Shown: piece after piece, positions 18,302-28,339 of the stretch
Numbering within the stretch: the first letter of the stretch is position 1
Layout of the letters: each line of letters starts with the position of its first letter
Virus record (IMG/VR): IMGVR_UViG_3300046501_000246
Source of the DNA: a virus
Length of the DNA stretch: 64,000 bases
Strand: one strand, 5' to 3'
The notes under the pieces: model-generated
What the model was told of the DNA's origin: nothing
Seen by the model: only the letters and a program-made list of their open reading frames with translations
Database searches by the model: none
Program-made: the position numbers and the translations under genes

Positions 18302-20102
18302 TTACGTTATAGCTCGCCATTGGGACAATGGTTCTAAGTGCATCTATACCTATCATACTCAGGTTCACCACGGCTCGATAGAGAGTGCCAGAATTTTACT
18401 GGATTACGTCAAACTTAGAAGTCCAGAACACAACGATTACAAAATTTATAAAATTAATTATGAGGAAGTGGAATAGTGAAAAAGATTATTTATTATAATA
18501 GATCGTGGCGCGGTGAATCTATAAAAGAACTAACGGTCCAAGAGGCTGTGGAAAAGCTAATAGATGACAAACACGATACCTATTCAGATTTGGATAGTAA
18601 TAACAGTAGGCAGATAGAAGCATTGACAAGCCTTGTCGCGTATATGGCTCAAGCCTTGTACGACGCAAAAGTTTTTAGCGATGAAGACATTGGTGTACTA
18701 TTTTCACATTACCCTTTTGAAACGAGTGATATTTAATGGGAAGTTTTAATAAAGTTTGCGGTATCACTGGTATGACGATTGGATGGGGCGAGCCGTGTTA
18801 CGTGACACGGTTGGAACGCCAGAAGCATGTGTATCGTACCGGCGCTATAGTTTTCAACCCGGATCAGGAATGGCAACCCATTTCTTTCCCACAGCTAACG
18901 TCATATTATGACTATGGCTCAGTGGCGGAAGATTTCAAGCCTAATCCTCTCAATGAATTCCTCGGCCTCAAGATTGAAAATGATGGAGAAGATAGGACCA
19001 TTGATACGGATGACCTTGGCGCGAAGTATAGCATAGCTGATACTCTATTCCTTATTCATCCACAGGTCTACGAGAAATTTAGCTCTAAAGTGATCGATTC
19101 TGGCGACCTGTTCAACTATCGGCGCGAAATCTTCGAACAAGGTCCATCTTATTTCATTGACGCGTTCGAAGACGCTAAGAAGATGACGGAATCCGAACTC
19201 CCTGACAATCCTGTCAAACATCACATGTTCCATATGTATCTAGAGAATTCTCACGCCTTTGGCTGGACTCATAGCAAGATTGGTTGGAAAATTTTTAATA
19301 AAATCACCGCTGCTAAATCCTACGAACCTCTGGATCATGCCGTGAGCCTAGGGCTCGCCCATGAGCTTTATAAGCAATTCATTTTTGAGACCAATATGGA
19401 TCAGATGTGGAAACACTACAGGCCTTCGAATTATGGTGGCCAGTACGACAACTATGAGACCTATCTCGAATTGGCTGATGTGATGATTGAAATCGCGGCA
19501 GAGAAGCGGCTCAAGATCGATGCCGAAGATGGCGATTACGAAGATGGCGAAGGCTTGTAATGGCTAAGTGGTCGATACAGGTTCACTATCAAGCTCAAGA
19601 CGACGCTGGCAAAACGTTTCGCGCCACTGCCGTTTTCCAATGCGAAGCGGACGACATACCAACGGCATATCGAGTCGCGGCTGACGCGTTTGGTTCAGAC
19701 AAGAAGCTAGGCGCTATCATCCCCGGCCATCATTTGAGGTTCCCCTAACAATGACGAATAGTAGACCAAAACCATGCCCTCCCGGAAGGAAGGGTATCCC
19801 TAATATTTTTATCACTATATGGAGAGTGTTGCGTGGCAGTTCCTGTTGATTTTCCCGGTGCGAATCTAACTCTTGGCCCGCCGAAAGGTATGACTGAGGA
19901 AGAGGTTCGAAGCATGCCGGTCCATCACGTCGATAATTACTACATTTCTTGTTGGTATTTGTCAGATGTAGAGATAGAAGAAATAGTCAGGACGCGTTGC
20001 GTGTGGCAAAGTTTGATGGGTCAAGGTGCGCAACCAAGCTTCGTTAGCGGTTCCTTAAATGATGTAATCGAGCTGGTTTACGACCAAAACAAGGCTGATT
20101 AG
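18285..20102 (+). CDS. Run of five hypothetical CDS
   Basis: 18285-18476, 18476-18736, 18736-19560 (274 aa), 19560-19748, 19833-20102; stop/start coupling. Confidence 0.7.
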
Positions 20103-20274
20103 GCGAAGTTCCAGATATCTGTCGAAAATAAATCCAAGCATTTTCAATGGCTTATAAAAAAGTAATCAAAAGAGGTTACTTTTCACGGAACATTTCTTTA
20201 TGTTATCCATTATTCCGTCAGACAAACGCAAGGGGCGGTGTCACAAACAACGGAAACGAAACAGGAGAAATGTC

Positions 20275-20688
20275 ATGGCTAATGTTAATAACGAACTCGC
20301 AACGATCAAGGTTAACGAAATTGCTTGGGGTGGCCGTGCCGCCGCTGCACTGAAGAATGGCGGCTTTCTGGACAAGACGCTTGCCGATCTCGATAGCATG
20401 AAGGATGACGAACTTCTGTCGATCAATCGCATGGGACGTGGTTCTCTTGGTGAAATCCGGCAGAAGATTGTTCAGGCCGGTGCGAGGGCTCGCGAAGAAA
20501 AGATGAAGCAGGAAATGGCACGTAACACCACGTCCGCCTCTGCTGTCAAGGAAAATGCAGTAGAAGATCGCCAGATCAGGGTGAAAACGAATACCTTGGA
20601 GGATAAGGTCATGGAATTCGCCAAAACACACCCTTCGATCATCAACTCGATCATCAACGAAGAAGTGATTCTGGTTCCCAAACTGTAA
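20275..20688 (+). CDS. RNA polymerase alpha-CTD-like domain protein
   Basis: Start at ATG 20275 with aggaga RBS; RAAAALKNGG..TLADL..DELLSINRMGRGSLGEI matches the alpha-CTD pattern. Confidence 0.6.
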   Translation: MANVNNELATIKVNEIAWGGRAAAALKNGGFLDKTLADLDSMKDDELLSINRMGRGSLGEIRQKIVQAGARAREEKMKQEMARNTTSASAVKENAVEDRQIRVKTNTLEDKVMEFAKTHPSIINSIINEEVILVPKL

Positions 20689-20696
20689 CATTTCTA

Positions 20697-20756
20697 TTGA
20701 CATTCACGATACGTTCTGCTATTAAACCTCCTTATTGCAAAATAAGGAGGTTTTTC
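20697..20756 (+). promoter_or_regulatory. Promoter overlapping a terminator-like hairpin that contains the next RBS
   Basis: TTGACA 20697-702, N17, TATTAA 20720-25; 13-bp stem 20724-36/20741-53 with GCAA loop, then TTTTT. Confidence 0.75.
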
Positions 20757-20757
20757 T

Positions 20758-21319
20758 TTGGCTACAAAATTCTTTTTCAAAAACCTCCCGGCCTACCAAG
20801 AAGGGCATTTCGCCCTAGTCAAAAATCCAGACGATGGATTGTGGTATAATTATCACATACAATCAGGATTAAAGGCGATGTGGATCATCGCTCCTTTCAA
20901 GCAAAAGCGTGATGTACTTGTTTATGCTCAGAGTTTGAACGAATCACCGATAGACTGGCATGTCAATAGTGAGATTCAACTACTTGAGAAGAATGATGTA
21001 GATCGTGTACACACTATTATGTCGCGAATTTCTCGCGCCATAAAACAAGACCTTGGCCTAGATTAACGGGGGATTTCTGAGAATGGCTCGCTTTACTGCA
21101 TTTGTGACCTATAGAAAAACAGACGACGTAAATGGTAACACTGTCATTGACTATGACGAAGACGGACAACTAAGCGCGGAGCTAGAAAAAAGACACATAA
21201 GCCTATTCAACATCGTTGGCGAAATCAGGCTTATGTATAACGGTCATATGGGAATGCCTATCTCAATGGCTCAATGCTTCGCAGATGGAGATTTTGTACC
21301 CACTGGCATGCATCACTAA
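20758..21319 (+). CDS. Two hypothetical CDS
   Basis: 20758-21066 (TTG start, aggagg RBS) and 21083-21319. Confidence 0.7.
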
Positions 21320-21333
21320 AATACCAGAAATCC

Positions 21334-21374
21334 CCCTCTCCTTTGCAGCTGTTAGCAGGGAGAGGGTCTTTTTA
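21334..21374 (+). terminator. Rho-independent terminator
   Basis: Stem ccctctcc/ggagaggg followed by tctttttattt. Confidence 0.6.
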
Positions 21375-21392
21375 TTTAAAGGATAACATTTT

Positions 21393-21791
21393 ATGACTAT
21401 TAGAAATAATTGTGAATGGCTTTGGAACGGCGTACTTCATGCAACGGCTTCGGTGGATGAAGATGGCGTGATTCGCCTTACAATGACTGGCGGCTATGAT
21501 CCAACGGATAAATATACCAGACTTGGAGATAGTTGGATTTGGGGCGGTTCGGTAGAAGATTTTCTTGAAGCTTGGGTTTTTGTCAAAGAAATCGAGCCAG
21601 AAGTGGAACAGACACCTTTAGCTGAAACATGGCTCATTGTTTGCCGATTCCGCGACGGCGTTGATTTCAATGATGGGCTTTATTTCAGCCGTGAAGAGGC
21701 GCAGAAAGCTTATGACGAAGAACCTTACGACATTGCCACAGGCGAGCGCGTAGAACTACTCGACATTGTCAGGGTGCCATATTATGGCTAG
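21393..21791 (+). CDS. Hypothetical protein
   Basis: 132 aa with RBS. Confidence 0.7.
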   Translation: MTIRNNCEWLWNGVLHATASVDEDGVIRLTMTGGYDPTDKYTRLGDSWIWGGSVEDFLEAWVFVKEIEPEVEQTPLAETWLIVCRFRDGVDFNDGLYFSREEAQKAYDEEPYDIATGERVELLDIVRVPYYG

Positions 21792-22428
21792 GCAGCTGAC
21801 CCGCGTCATTGGCGATTGTCATGGCAAATATAGACGTTTCAAAAATATCATCAGAAACGCATCTAGGTCTATTTGTGTGGGCGATATGGGTGTCGGATTC
21901 AGATATTATGACGCGGGCCGCGAACTTAGGCACGCAGCCAATCCTCCTCATGATGCAATGGTGAAACGCAACTGTCGATACATACGTGGAAACCACGATA
22001 ACCCTAACGTGTGTCGTAATCAATCTCAGTGGATTCCAGATGGCACGGTCGAAAATGATGTAATGTATATCGGTGGCGCTCTGTCTATCGATATCCATCT
22101 CAGAACTGAGGGCTTGTCGTGGTGGGCCGATGAAGAATGCTCGCTGGCTCAGCTGAATCATTTTGTAGACGTGTACGACATGGTCAGGCCTCGCGTCATG
22201 ATTTGCCACGAGTGCCCCGAAAGCATCGCGGACACGATCATGAAAGGTCACAACAAAAATAAAATCTTAAGACCGTCGCGGACTAGGCAGGCCCTTCAAG
22301 GAATGCTGGAAATTCACAGACCAGAAATATTTTTATTCGGTCATTGGCACGTCGATATCGATCAAGTCATTGATGGCACTAGATTTATTTGCTTAAACGA
22401 ACTTAGTTATATAGATTTGGAACTATGA
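21766..22428 (+). CDS. Calcineurin-like metallophosphoesterase
   Basis: GDCHG, GDMG, RGNHD, CHE, FGHWH. Confidence 0.9.
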   Translation: MSGCHIMARQLTRVIGDCHGKYRRFKNIIRNASRSICVGDMGVGFRYYDAGRELRHAANPPHDAMVKRNCRYIRGNHDNPNVCRNQSQWIPDGTVENDVMYIGGALSIDIHLRTEGLSWWADEECSLAQLNHFVDVYDMVRPRVMICHECPESIADTIMKGHNKNKILRPSRTRQALQGMLEIHRPEIFLFGHWHVDIDQVIDGTRFICLNELSYIDLEL

Positions 22429-22994
22429 AAATAGAATTAACTCAAGATATCCTAAAAGAACTGATACATTACGAACCTCATACTGGCCATTTTTATTGGA
22501 AATTCAGAGACAAAAAATGGTTTGACAACCCAACTGGACCGGGATCAGCTAGTTGGAACAGTCGTTATGCCTATGCTAGGGCTTTTACTTCAAATGATAA
22601 AGATGGTTACAAACTTGGGACCATTTTCACAAAAGGGTATAGAGCGCATAATATTGCTTGGCTCTATGTTTATGGTTCATGGCCGAATGGAATCATTGAT
22701 CACATCAATGGGAAACCTTGGGATAATCGAATTGAAAATCTACGAGATGTGACTAAAATTGAAAATGACCAAAATAAATCTTTAGCCAGAAATAACAAAA
22801 GCGGAATTATAGGTGTAGATTTTTGGCCTTCTGCCTCCCCTCCTAAACAATGGGTAGCACGTATTTCAACAGGAGACGGCAAACGCAAATTTTTAGGTTA
22901 TTTTCTAACTAAAGAAGAAGCAGCTGAATCCAGAGCTAAAGCAGAAATCGAGTATGGCTATCACGAAAACCATGGAAAACGAAAATGTCAGTAA
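22425..22994 (+). CDS. HNH homing endonuclease with AP2-like DNA-binding domain
   Basis: YRAHNIAW..IDHINGKPWDNRIENLR; C-terminal SGIIGV..WVARI..LGYF..EEAA. Confidence 0.9.
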   Translation: MKIELTQDILKELIHYEPHTGHFYWKFRDKKWFDNPTGPGSASWNSRYAYARAFTSNDKDGYKLGTIFTKGYRAHNIAWLYVYGSWPNGIIDHINGKPWDNRIENLRDVTKIENDQNKSLARNNKSGIIGVDFWPSASPPKQWVARISTGDGKRKFLGYFLTKEEAAESRAKAEIEYGYHENHGKRKCQ

Positions 22995-23209
22995 TTGATT
23001 TTAATCTTTTTAAAGCCAAAGTTGAAACTAATCCTAAACTTTATAACAAAGAGACGGAAGAATTTTGCTACACCATTGAGTATTTTCACGACGGCAGGAA
23101 ATTTGTGACCGACCTGTGGGCCAAGACGTGGACCGACGCGGAACTTAAATTGAAGTCAATTCAAGATACAGCGGTTGTGGTAGGAAAATTAGTTGAGCGA
23201 GAGGATTGA
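22985..23209 (+). CDS. Hypothetical protein
   Basis: 74 aa. Confidence 0.65.
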   Translation: MSVIDFNLFKAKVETNPKLYNKETEEFCYTIEYFHDGRKFVTDLWAKTWTDAELKLKSIQDTAVVVGKLVERED

Positions 23210-23234
23210 CACGTGCTCACAATCATTTTACTAA
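23206..23234 (+). promoter_or_regulatory. sigma70-type promoter upstream of pnuC
   Basis: TTGACA 23206-11, N17, TACTAA 23229-34. Confidence 0.65.
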
Positions 23235-23302
23235 GCATCATTGTCTATTTATTGGTTGAGATAAGAGACAGAATGAAAAAGTAAACCGCAAAGGAGATTT
23301 AG

Positions 23303-23950
23303 ATGAATAAATATTGGGCTAGCTTGGGTTGGGGCACAAACCTTACCATTATCACTTATGTAATGGGCGCGGCACTTGGTCTCGTTGATGTGCATAATTT
23401 TAACTATGTCGAATTCTTTGCAATTTGGACCAGTTATGTCTGCACTCTGATGTGCGTGTTCCAAACGAGATGGAATTACCCGCTCGGCGCGGTTTCCACC
23501 ATTCTTTATGCCATTTTGTCTTACAGAGCCGATCTACCTGCGGTCGGCCTGTTCAACATCCTCCTATCGATCAACCTGATTTATGGCTGGTTCCGCTGGC
23601 GCAGCGATGACGTGACCCGCCCCGTTACTAATCCGAATGCGGCTTGGTGGCTCGGATATGTCGGAATCGGGCTTGCCACTTATTTGATCCTGACCATCGT
23701 CAATGGATATTTCGGCTACGAGCAGACTTGGGTAGATGTTACGACAGCTGTAGTCTATGCCGTGGCTCAAGCCATGCTCGACAATAAGCATCGCACATCG
23801 TGGGCCGTATTCTTTGTCCTCAATGTCTTGTCGATCTACCTATACTTCAAGCAGGAAGCTTATTTCGTGGTGATCCAGTACATTTACTTCCTCGGAAATA
23901 CACTTTATGGTCACTTTGAGTGGCGTAAATCTGAAGAAGTCTTCAACTAA
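23303..23950 (+). CDS. pnuC: Nicotinamide riboside transporter PnuC
   Basis: Multi-TM; WNYPLG, YGWFRW, D..T....AQ.ML..K...W..F, YGHFEW. Confidence 0.85.
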   Translation: MNKYWASLGWGTNLTIITYVMGAALGLVDVHNFNYVEFFAIWTSYVCTLMCVFQTRWNYPLGAVSTILYAILSYRADLPAVGLFNILLSINLIYGWFRWRSDDVTRPVTNPNAAWWLGYVGIGLATYLILTIVNGYFGYEQTWVDVTTAVVYAVAQAMLDNKHRTSWAVFFVLNVLSIYLYFKQEAYFVVIQYIYFLGNTLYGHFEWRKSEEVFN

Positions 23951-23954
23951 ATGA

Positions 23955-23983
23955 TTGACAGTAGCCCCTAACGGGGCTACACT
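23955..23983 (+). promoter_or_regulatory. Promoter with a hairpin filling the spacer
   Basis: TTGACA 23955-60, N17, TACACT 23978-83; IR gtagcccc/ggggctac 23961-80. Confidence 0.6.
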
Positions 23984-24008
23984 TCTATCTAGAACAAAGG
24001 AGGGTGTT

Positions 24009-25370
24009 ATGAAATTTCTAATAATTTATGGCCTTATCGCTTTTGGGACGTGGGCCGGATATGACAGAATTTATAGAGAAGCTTGCCCGTCAGAAAAGTT
24101 TTCATACGGGCCGGTCATGGCAGGGATTGTGTGGCCCTTCTTCGCCGGTCTAGCAATTACTAGCGCCACGACCGATAGAATTTCAAAACCAGTCACATGC
24201 GGAAATCTTTTTTAAAAGGAGGAATGTCATGCGTTTGAATAAAAAATGGACCACGGCGCATCTCCTGAATGTTGCCCTATCATCTCCCAAGTTCAGCGCT
24301 GATGTGAATTCCGGTGAAGATGTAATTTCCGTTGACGTTGATAAAAACACAGGCTTCGTGACTTGGTGGCATAATTATGTCAGAGTTACGGAAGGCGATA
24401 TTGCGAATGTATTGGCTCGATGGGCCGTGGAAGGAGTTTAAATTTTATGACAAGAGACGAAGTTAAAGCGAATCGAATCAAGTGGGCCAATTTCCTTCTA
24501 AATAAAAAGAGGAAGAAAGCTATTAGTGTTCTTGATAAAGGCGACGGTGCTAGATGCTGCTTAGGTCATGGCGCGTATTGCTTAGGCGTGCCGCGCCGCA
24601 ACATAGTTAATGGACTGGATAATGCGTGTTTCGAATATGGAGATGAGGACGCAGCATATTCCGCTCCTTCTGAATTGGTAGAGCTTGTCGGACTGTGGGA
24701 CAGTGATGGCATGACTGAAGGCGAGGATTTAGTTATTAATGGTCTTAACTTTTCTTCATTAGCTGGTGCCAATGATGCTGATAGACATTATGCCTTTGAA
24801 ACAGGCGTTGAAAGCAGCGAAATAAACATCACTCCTCAAATGATTGGGACATATCTCCTCACCGTGATCGAAGGCGGCGATGACACTCCGTTTCGCCCAC
24901 TGTCGGAGTACCCTGAATGAGCGCTGGTAAAGCATCGATTTGCCATTGGGATTTGAGGGCCAGATTCTTCACCAAAGAACAAGCCGTTAAAGCTATTAAA
25001 CTTTTACTTGAGGAAGATATTGATTTCGATATTGCGTATTCAGTTGAAATGGGTGATAGTCTGAATCGAACTGCTTATATCATCGATATTGACGGAATGT
25101 CTTGGGCCAATAATCTTGAAACCGTGGCACAAATTTTAAAAGAAGTAGATCACAAATATGAATGAGTCTGAGCTACGCGAAAAGATTATTAAAGTTTTAG
25201 GACCAGAGCTATATGGCGCGTATGACTGCATCCGAGTTTGGGAAGCTTGGTCATATGGTACGATGAGTCAGGATGATTTTGTTCCAGTTGAAGATCGGCT
25301 AGGCGAGATTGCTGAGAGCTTATTAAAGGAGATTTTGGGTGACAACTACGACGGGACTGACAGTAATTAG
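24009..25370 (+). CDS. Five hypothetical CDS between pnuC and the nadR-like gene
   Basis: 24009-24215 (TM), 24229-24441, 24420-24920, 24917-25165, 25158-25370. Confidence 0.65.
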
Positions 25371-26355
25371 CGGCTTGCTTCCAACTCGTGGTCATCAATA
25401 TCTAATTGATTTTGCATCTAAATTCGTTGATCGACTCCACGTCATAGTCTGTATCAGATCGTTTGAGCCTCGTCTCACGCTGGATCGTGCCGAAGTTTTA
25501 GCAAAACATTATGCCGGTACGAATGTAACAGTTCATGAGCATTACGCCGACGATGCGCCTCAAAATGACGATGGCACGACGGAGTTTTGGGACTATTGGG
25601 CCAATCTTGTAGATAAAGCCGTCACTAAACGCAAAAAGATTGATTATTTCTTCGCCTCTGAAAAGTATGGCGCTCGATTTGCTGAAGCTCTTGGCGTCAC
25701 TTTTGTTCCTGTCGATATTGGCAGGGAAATCCTGAGCGTCACAGGAACGCGTGTGAGACAAAATCTCGCTGAGAATTTTAAATATATCCTCCCCGAATAC
25801 CAAGGCAAATTGGCAAAAACGGTTTGCCTCTACGGACAAGAATCGGTAGGCAAAACCACAATGTCAAAGTGGCTCGCCACGAAGCTTGAAGGCCGTTGGA
25901 TTCATGAATGGGCCAGACCTTATCTTGAAGAAGTCGGCGCTGAAGTCACGGATGAAAAAATGTTAAACATTGTGCGTGGTCAGTACGCTGTCATGGTTTC
26001 CGCACCTACTGCATTGTTTAATATAAGAGATACTGATCTCCTTTCAACCATTGGATATTATAAAATCTACGGCGGTAAAATGCCTGAAGAACTTATCCAA
26101 AAATTTAACTTGACAAAAAGCGATCTTTATGTAATGTTAAATGACAATATCCCTTTCGAGCCCGATCCTTTGAGATATGGCGGAGATAAGAGGGAAAGTG
26201 AGATGCAGTTCTGGATCGACCTTCTGGACGAATATGACTGCAAATATCATGTCGTGGAAAGCACTGACATTAAGAAACAGCGCAAAGAAGTTGTAGAAGC
26301 TGTTTACGATTTTTTCACTGATCTACGAGAGATAGAGGAATTCATTCGTGACTGA
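25339..26355 (+). CDS. nadR: NadR-like NMN adenylyltransferase/ribosylnicotinamide kinase
   Basis: N-terminal (T/H)xGH motif PTRGHQYLID; VTGTRVR; P-loop GQESVGKTT; HEWARPY, RDTDLLST, PFEPDPLRYG. Confidence 0.8.
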   Translation: MTTTTGLTVISGLLPTRGHQYLIDFASKFVDRLHVIVCIRSFEPRLTLDRAEVLAKHYAGTNVTVHEHYADDAPQNDDGTTEFWDYWANLVDKAVTKRKKIDYFFASEKYGARFAEALGVTFVPVDIGREILSVTGTRVRQNLAENFKYILPEYQGKLAKTVCLYGQESVGKTTMSKWLATKLEGRWIHEWARPYLEEVGAEVTDEKMLNIVRGQYAVMVSAPTALFNIRDTDLLSTIGYYKIYGGKMPEELIQKFNLTKSDLYVMLNDNIPFEPDPLRYGGDKRESEMQFWIDLLDEYDCKYHVVESTDIKKQRKEVVEAVYDFFTDLREIEEFIRD

Positions 26356-26861
26356 ATACAAAAAAGGTGACAAAGTTATCTTTGTCGATCCAAATCACAG
26401 GTACGGTGGCTGGAATTTTACGGTAGGAAAGATCTACACCGTTGGTGGAAAGTTTTTCCAAGATTTTCCTGACATGTTGGGAATTGAGGCTGACGACTCT
26501 GGTAATCCTAATGGACACGAGTTTGAGTTTTTCGTCTCCGCTCCTGCCGATGAGCAAACGTTCTGTTCTTGGTGGAACAGCTATTATCCTCAAGAATATG
26601 GCCACAACGCCGAATTTAGAAACATTGTGGAACGCCACGCCGAAGCGGCATATCTGGCGGGAAAGAAGTCAAATGCCGTCACATAGCTTATTTTTTCTTT
26701 GGCTTAAGTTACTCTTTATCGATCTCGTATTCTGTGCCGGTATTTTCTTTGGAATATATGGTCTCGCCTTATATTTAGATGTCACGGTTCGTGACTTCGT
26801 TCCACTACTAATCACCGCATTCGCAGTCTATAGCGCAACGGCGCGTTACAAGGAACTTTGA
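26348..26861 (+). CDS. Hypothetical protein and small two-TM protein
   Basis: 26348-26686 and 26673-26861. Confidence 0.6.
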
Positions 26862-26862
26862 T

Positions 26863-27270
26863 ATGAACTACAAATGGCTTACCTTCAACTGCGTCTCGCT
26901 CTTCATCATGGCATTTCTGATCCAATTTTATGACGCAGCTAACTTTATCTGGACCATGGATAAGACTCACATCACGCTGGTAATTCTGGCACTTTATGTG
27001 ACCTGTTCGGCCTATTTAGGGATTATGGGTGATAAAATCAACTTTAAAAAAATTAGATTTCATCTAAATCGCTTTACGATGTGGGGCCTGATTGGCACCA
27101 TGACAGGCCTTATTCTAATGTTCATGGGCGCTGACGATATGGAGGCTTTTAGACAGAATATCTTGACCGAAGTTGGTCCAGTTTTCCTCACTGGCTTGTT
27201 TGGCCTAGCCAGCAGCATTGCCCTTGATTATCAGATCGCGCTATGCTTCGATAATTATGACGAAGTTTAA
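26863..27270 (+). CDS. Miniature MotA/TolQ/ExbB proton-channel family protein
   Basis: Four hydrophobic segments; signature WGLIGTMTG and FLTGLFGL. Confidence 0.7.
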   Translation: MNYKWLTFNCVSLFIMAFLIQFYDAANFIWTMDKTHITLVILALYVTCSAYLGIMGDKINFKKIRFHLNRFTMWGLIGTMTGLILMFMGADDMEAFRQNILTEVGPVFLTGLFGLASSIALDYQIALCFDNYDEV

Positions 27271-27290
27271 TTTTTGAAAGGAAGAGCCTA

Positions 27291-27875
27291 ATGAAAGGCC
27301 CTGTCAAAATTGCATACATTGATGTACTTCAATGCCTTATAGCAGTATTTTTCGTTGTAATTATTCTCTCTACGCCGAAGAAGGAAGAATCAAAGGGAAC
27401 GATCATTGATCCGTCTCAATTCCTAGTCGAAATGACGTGGACCGATGATAGTCCAAACGATGTTGATCTCTGGATGAGTAATCCAAATAACGACATTGTC
27501 TACTATCACACCAGAGAAATCGGCGGCATGACCCTAGACACAGATAATCTAGGCAGAAATAATACTTTTACTGACCCTAGCGGCAACCTAATTGTTAATC
27601 ACACACGCCGAGAGGTAGCCAGCATTAGAGTAGTCATGGCAGGCACTTACACCGTCAATGTAATGCTTTTTGATAAACCAACTAAAGGACCAGAAACGGT
27701 CAAAATCAGGGTCTTCAAGCTAAATCCTTATAAAGATATTATTGAAAAAGTGGTTGTACTGGAAACTGTTAAACAGGAATCCACTATTTTACAGTTCGAT
27801 ATCGACAAGGATGGCAACTTTATTAGTAAGTCTGAAGATGAACAGATTTCTCTCTTTGCGAGGCTAAAGGCATGA
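27291..27875 (+). CDS. MotB/ExbD-like single-TM protein with a YfaP/DUF2135-like periplasmic domain
   Basis: TM with an acidic residue (AYIDVLQCLIAVFFVVIIL); W.D..NDVDLW..P, LDTDNLG, GTYTVNV. Confidence 0.6.
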   Translation: MKGPVKIAYIDVLQCLIAVFFVVIILSTPKKEESKGTIIDPSQFLVEMTWTDDSPNDVDLWMSNPNNDIVYYHTREIGGMTLDTDNLGRNNTFTDPSGNLIVNHTRREVASIRVVMAGTYTVNVMLFDKPTKGPETVKIRVFKLNPYKDIIEKVVVLETVKQESTILQFDIDKDGNFISKSEDEQISLFARLKA

Positions 27876-28339
27876 TCATTCCATCTATCATCATTCTTGG
27901 ACTTCTACTTGTTACAGTTTTTGTCGGCTTCCGATATAATTGGAAGCTCTCACTGGCTATTTTCATTCCAATGCTTTATCTCGGTTATTGGACCGTAGCC
28001 ACTCAGGTTCCAAAATACTTTGGCTATGCCGTGCCAATCAATTTCGCTGAAATGGAAAACCAAGCCCTAATGATCAGCGGTTATGACGGCGGTAAGTCTA
28101 TCTACCTTCTCATCATAGAGAAAGGCGTCAAGGAACCACGTCTCGTCAGCATGCCAAATAATGCTGAAAATAGGGCAATATTTAACCAGCTTACCAAAAA
28201 AATCAAGAACGGCCAAGCCGCCATTATTAAGAAAAACAATAAAAAAGGTAAAATGGGCAAAGGTGAAGGTCAATCCAGTATGGGCGATATCGAAGGCGTA
28301 GAGATGAAGGATCAAAATATCCTTCAGAAGGAAGGATGA
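27872..28339 (+). CDS. Two-TM membrane protein with a basic soluble domain
   Basis: 155 aa; ATGA overlap with the previous gene. Confidence 0.7.
   Translation: MIIPSIIILGLLLVTVFVGFRYNWKLSLAIFIPMLYLGYWTVATQVPKYFGYAVPINFAEMENQALMISGYDGGKSIYLLIIEKGVKEPRLVSMPNNAENRAIFNQLTKKIKNGQAAIIKKNNKKGKMGKGEGQSSMGDIEGVEMKDQNILQKEG

Noticed and set aside
22425-22994. Group I intron around the HNH-AP2 endonuclease
   Set aside because: Flanking genes are intact and overlap its ends, so it is a free-standing homing endonuclease
26863-27875. Calling the MotA/MotB-like pair Zorya (zorAB)
   Set aside because: No long ZorA tail, no OmpA-like peptidoglycan-binding domain and no zorC/D/E genes
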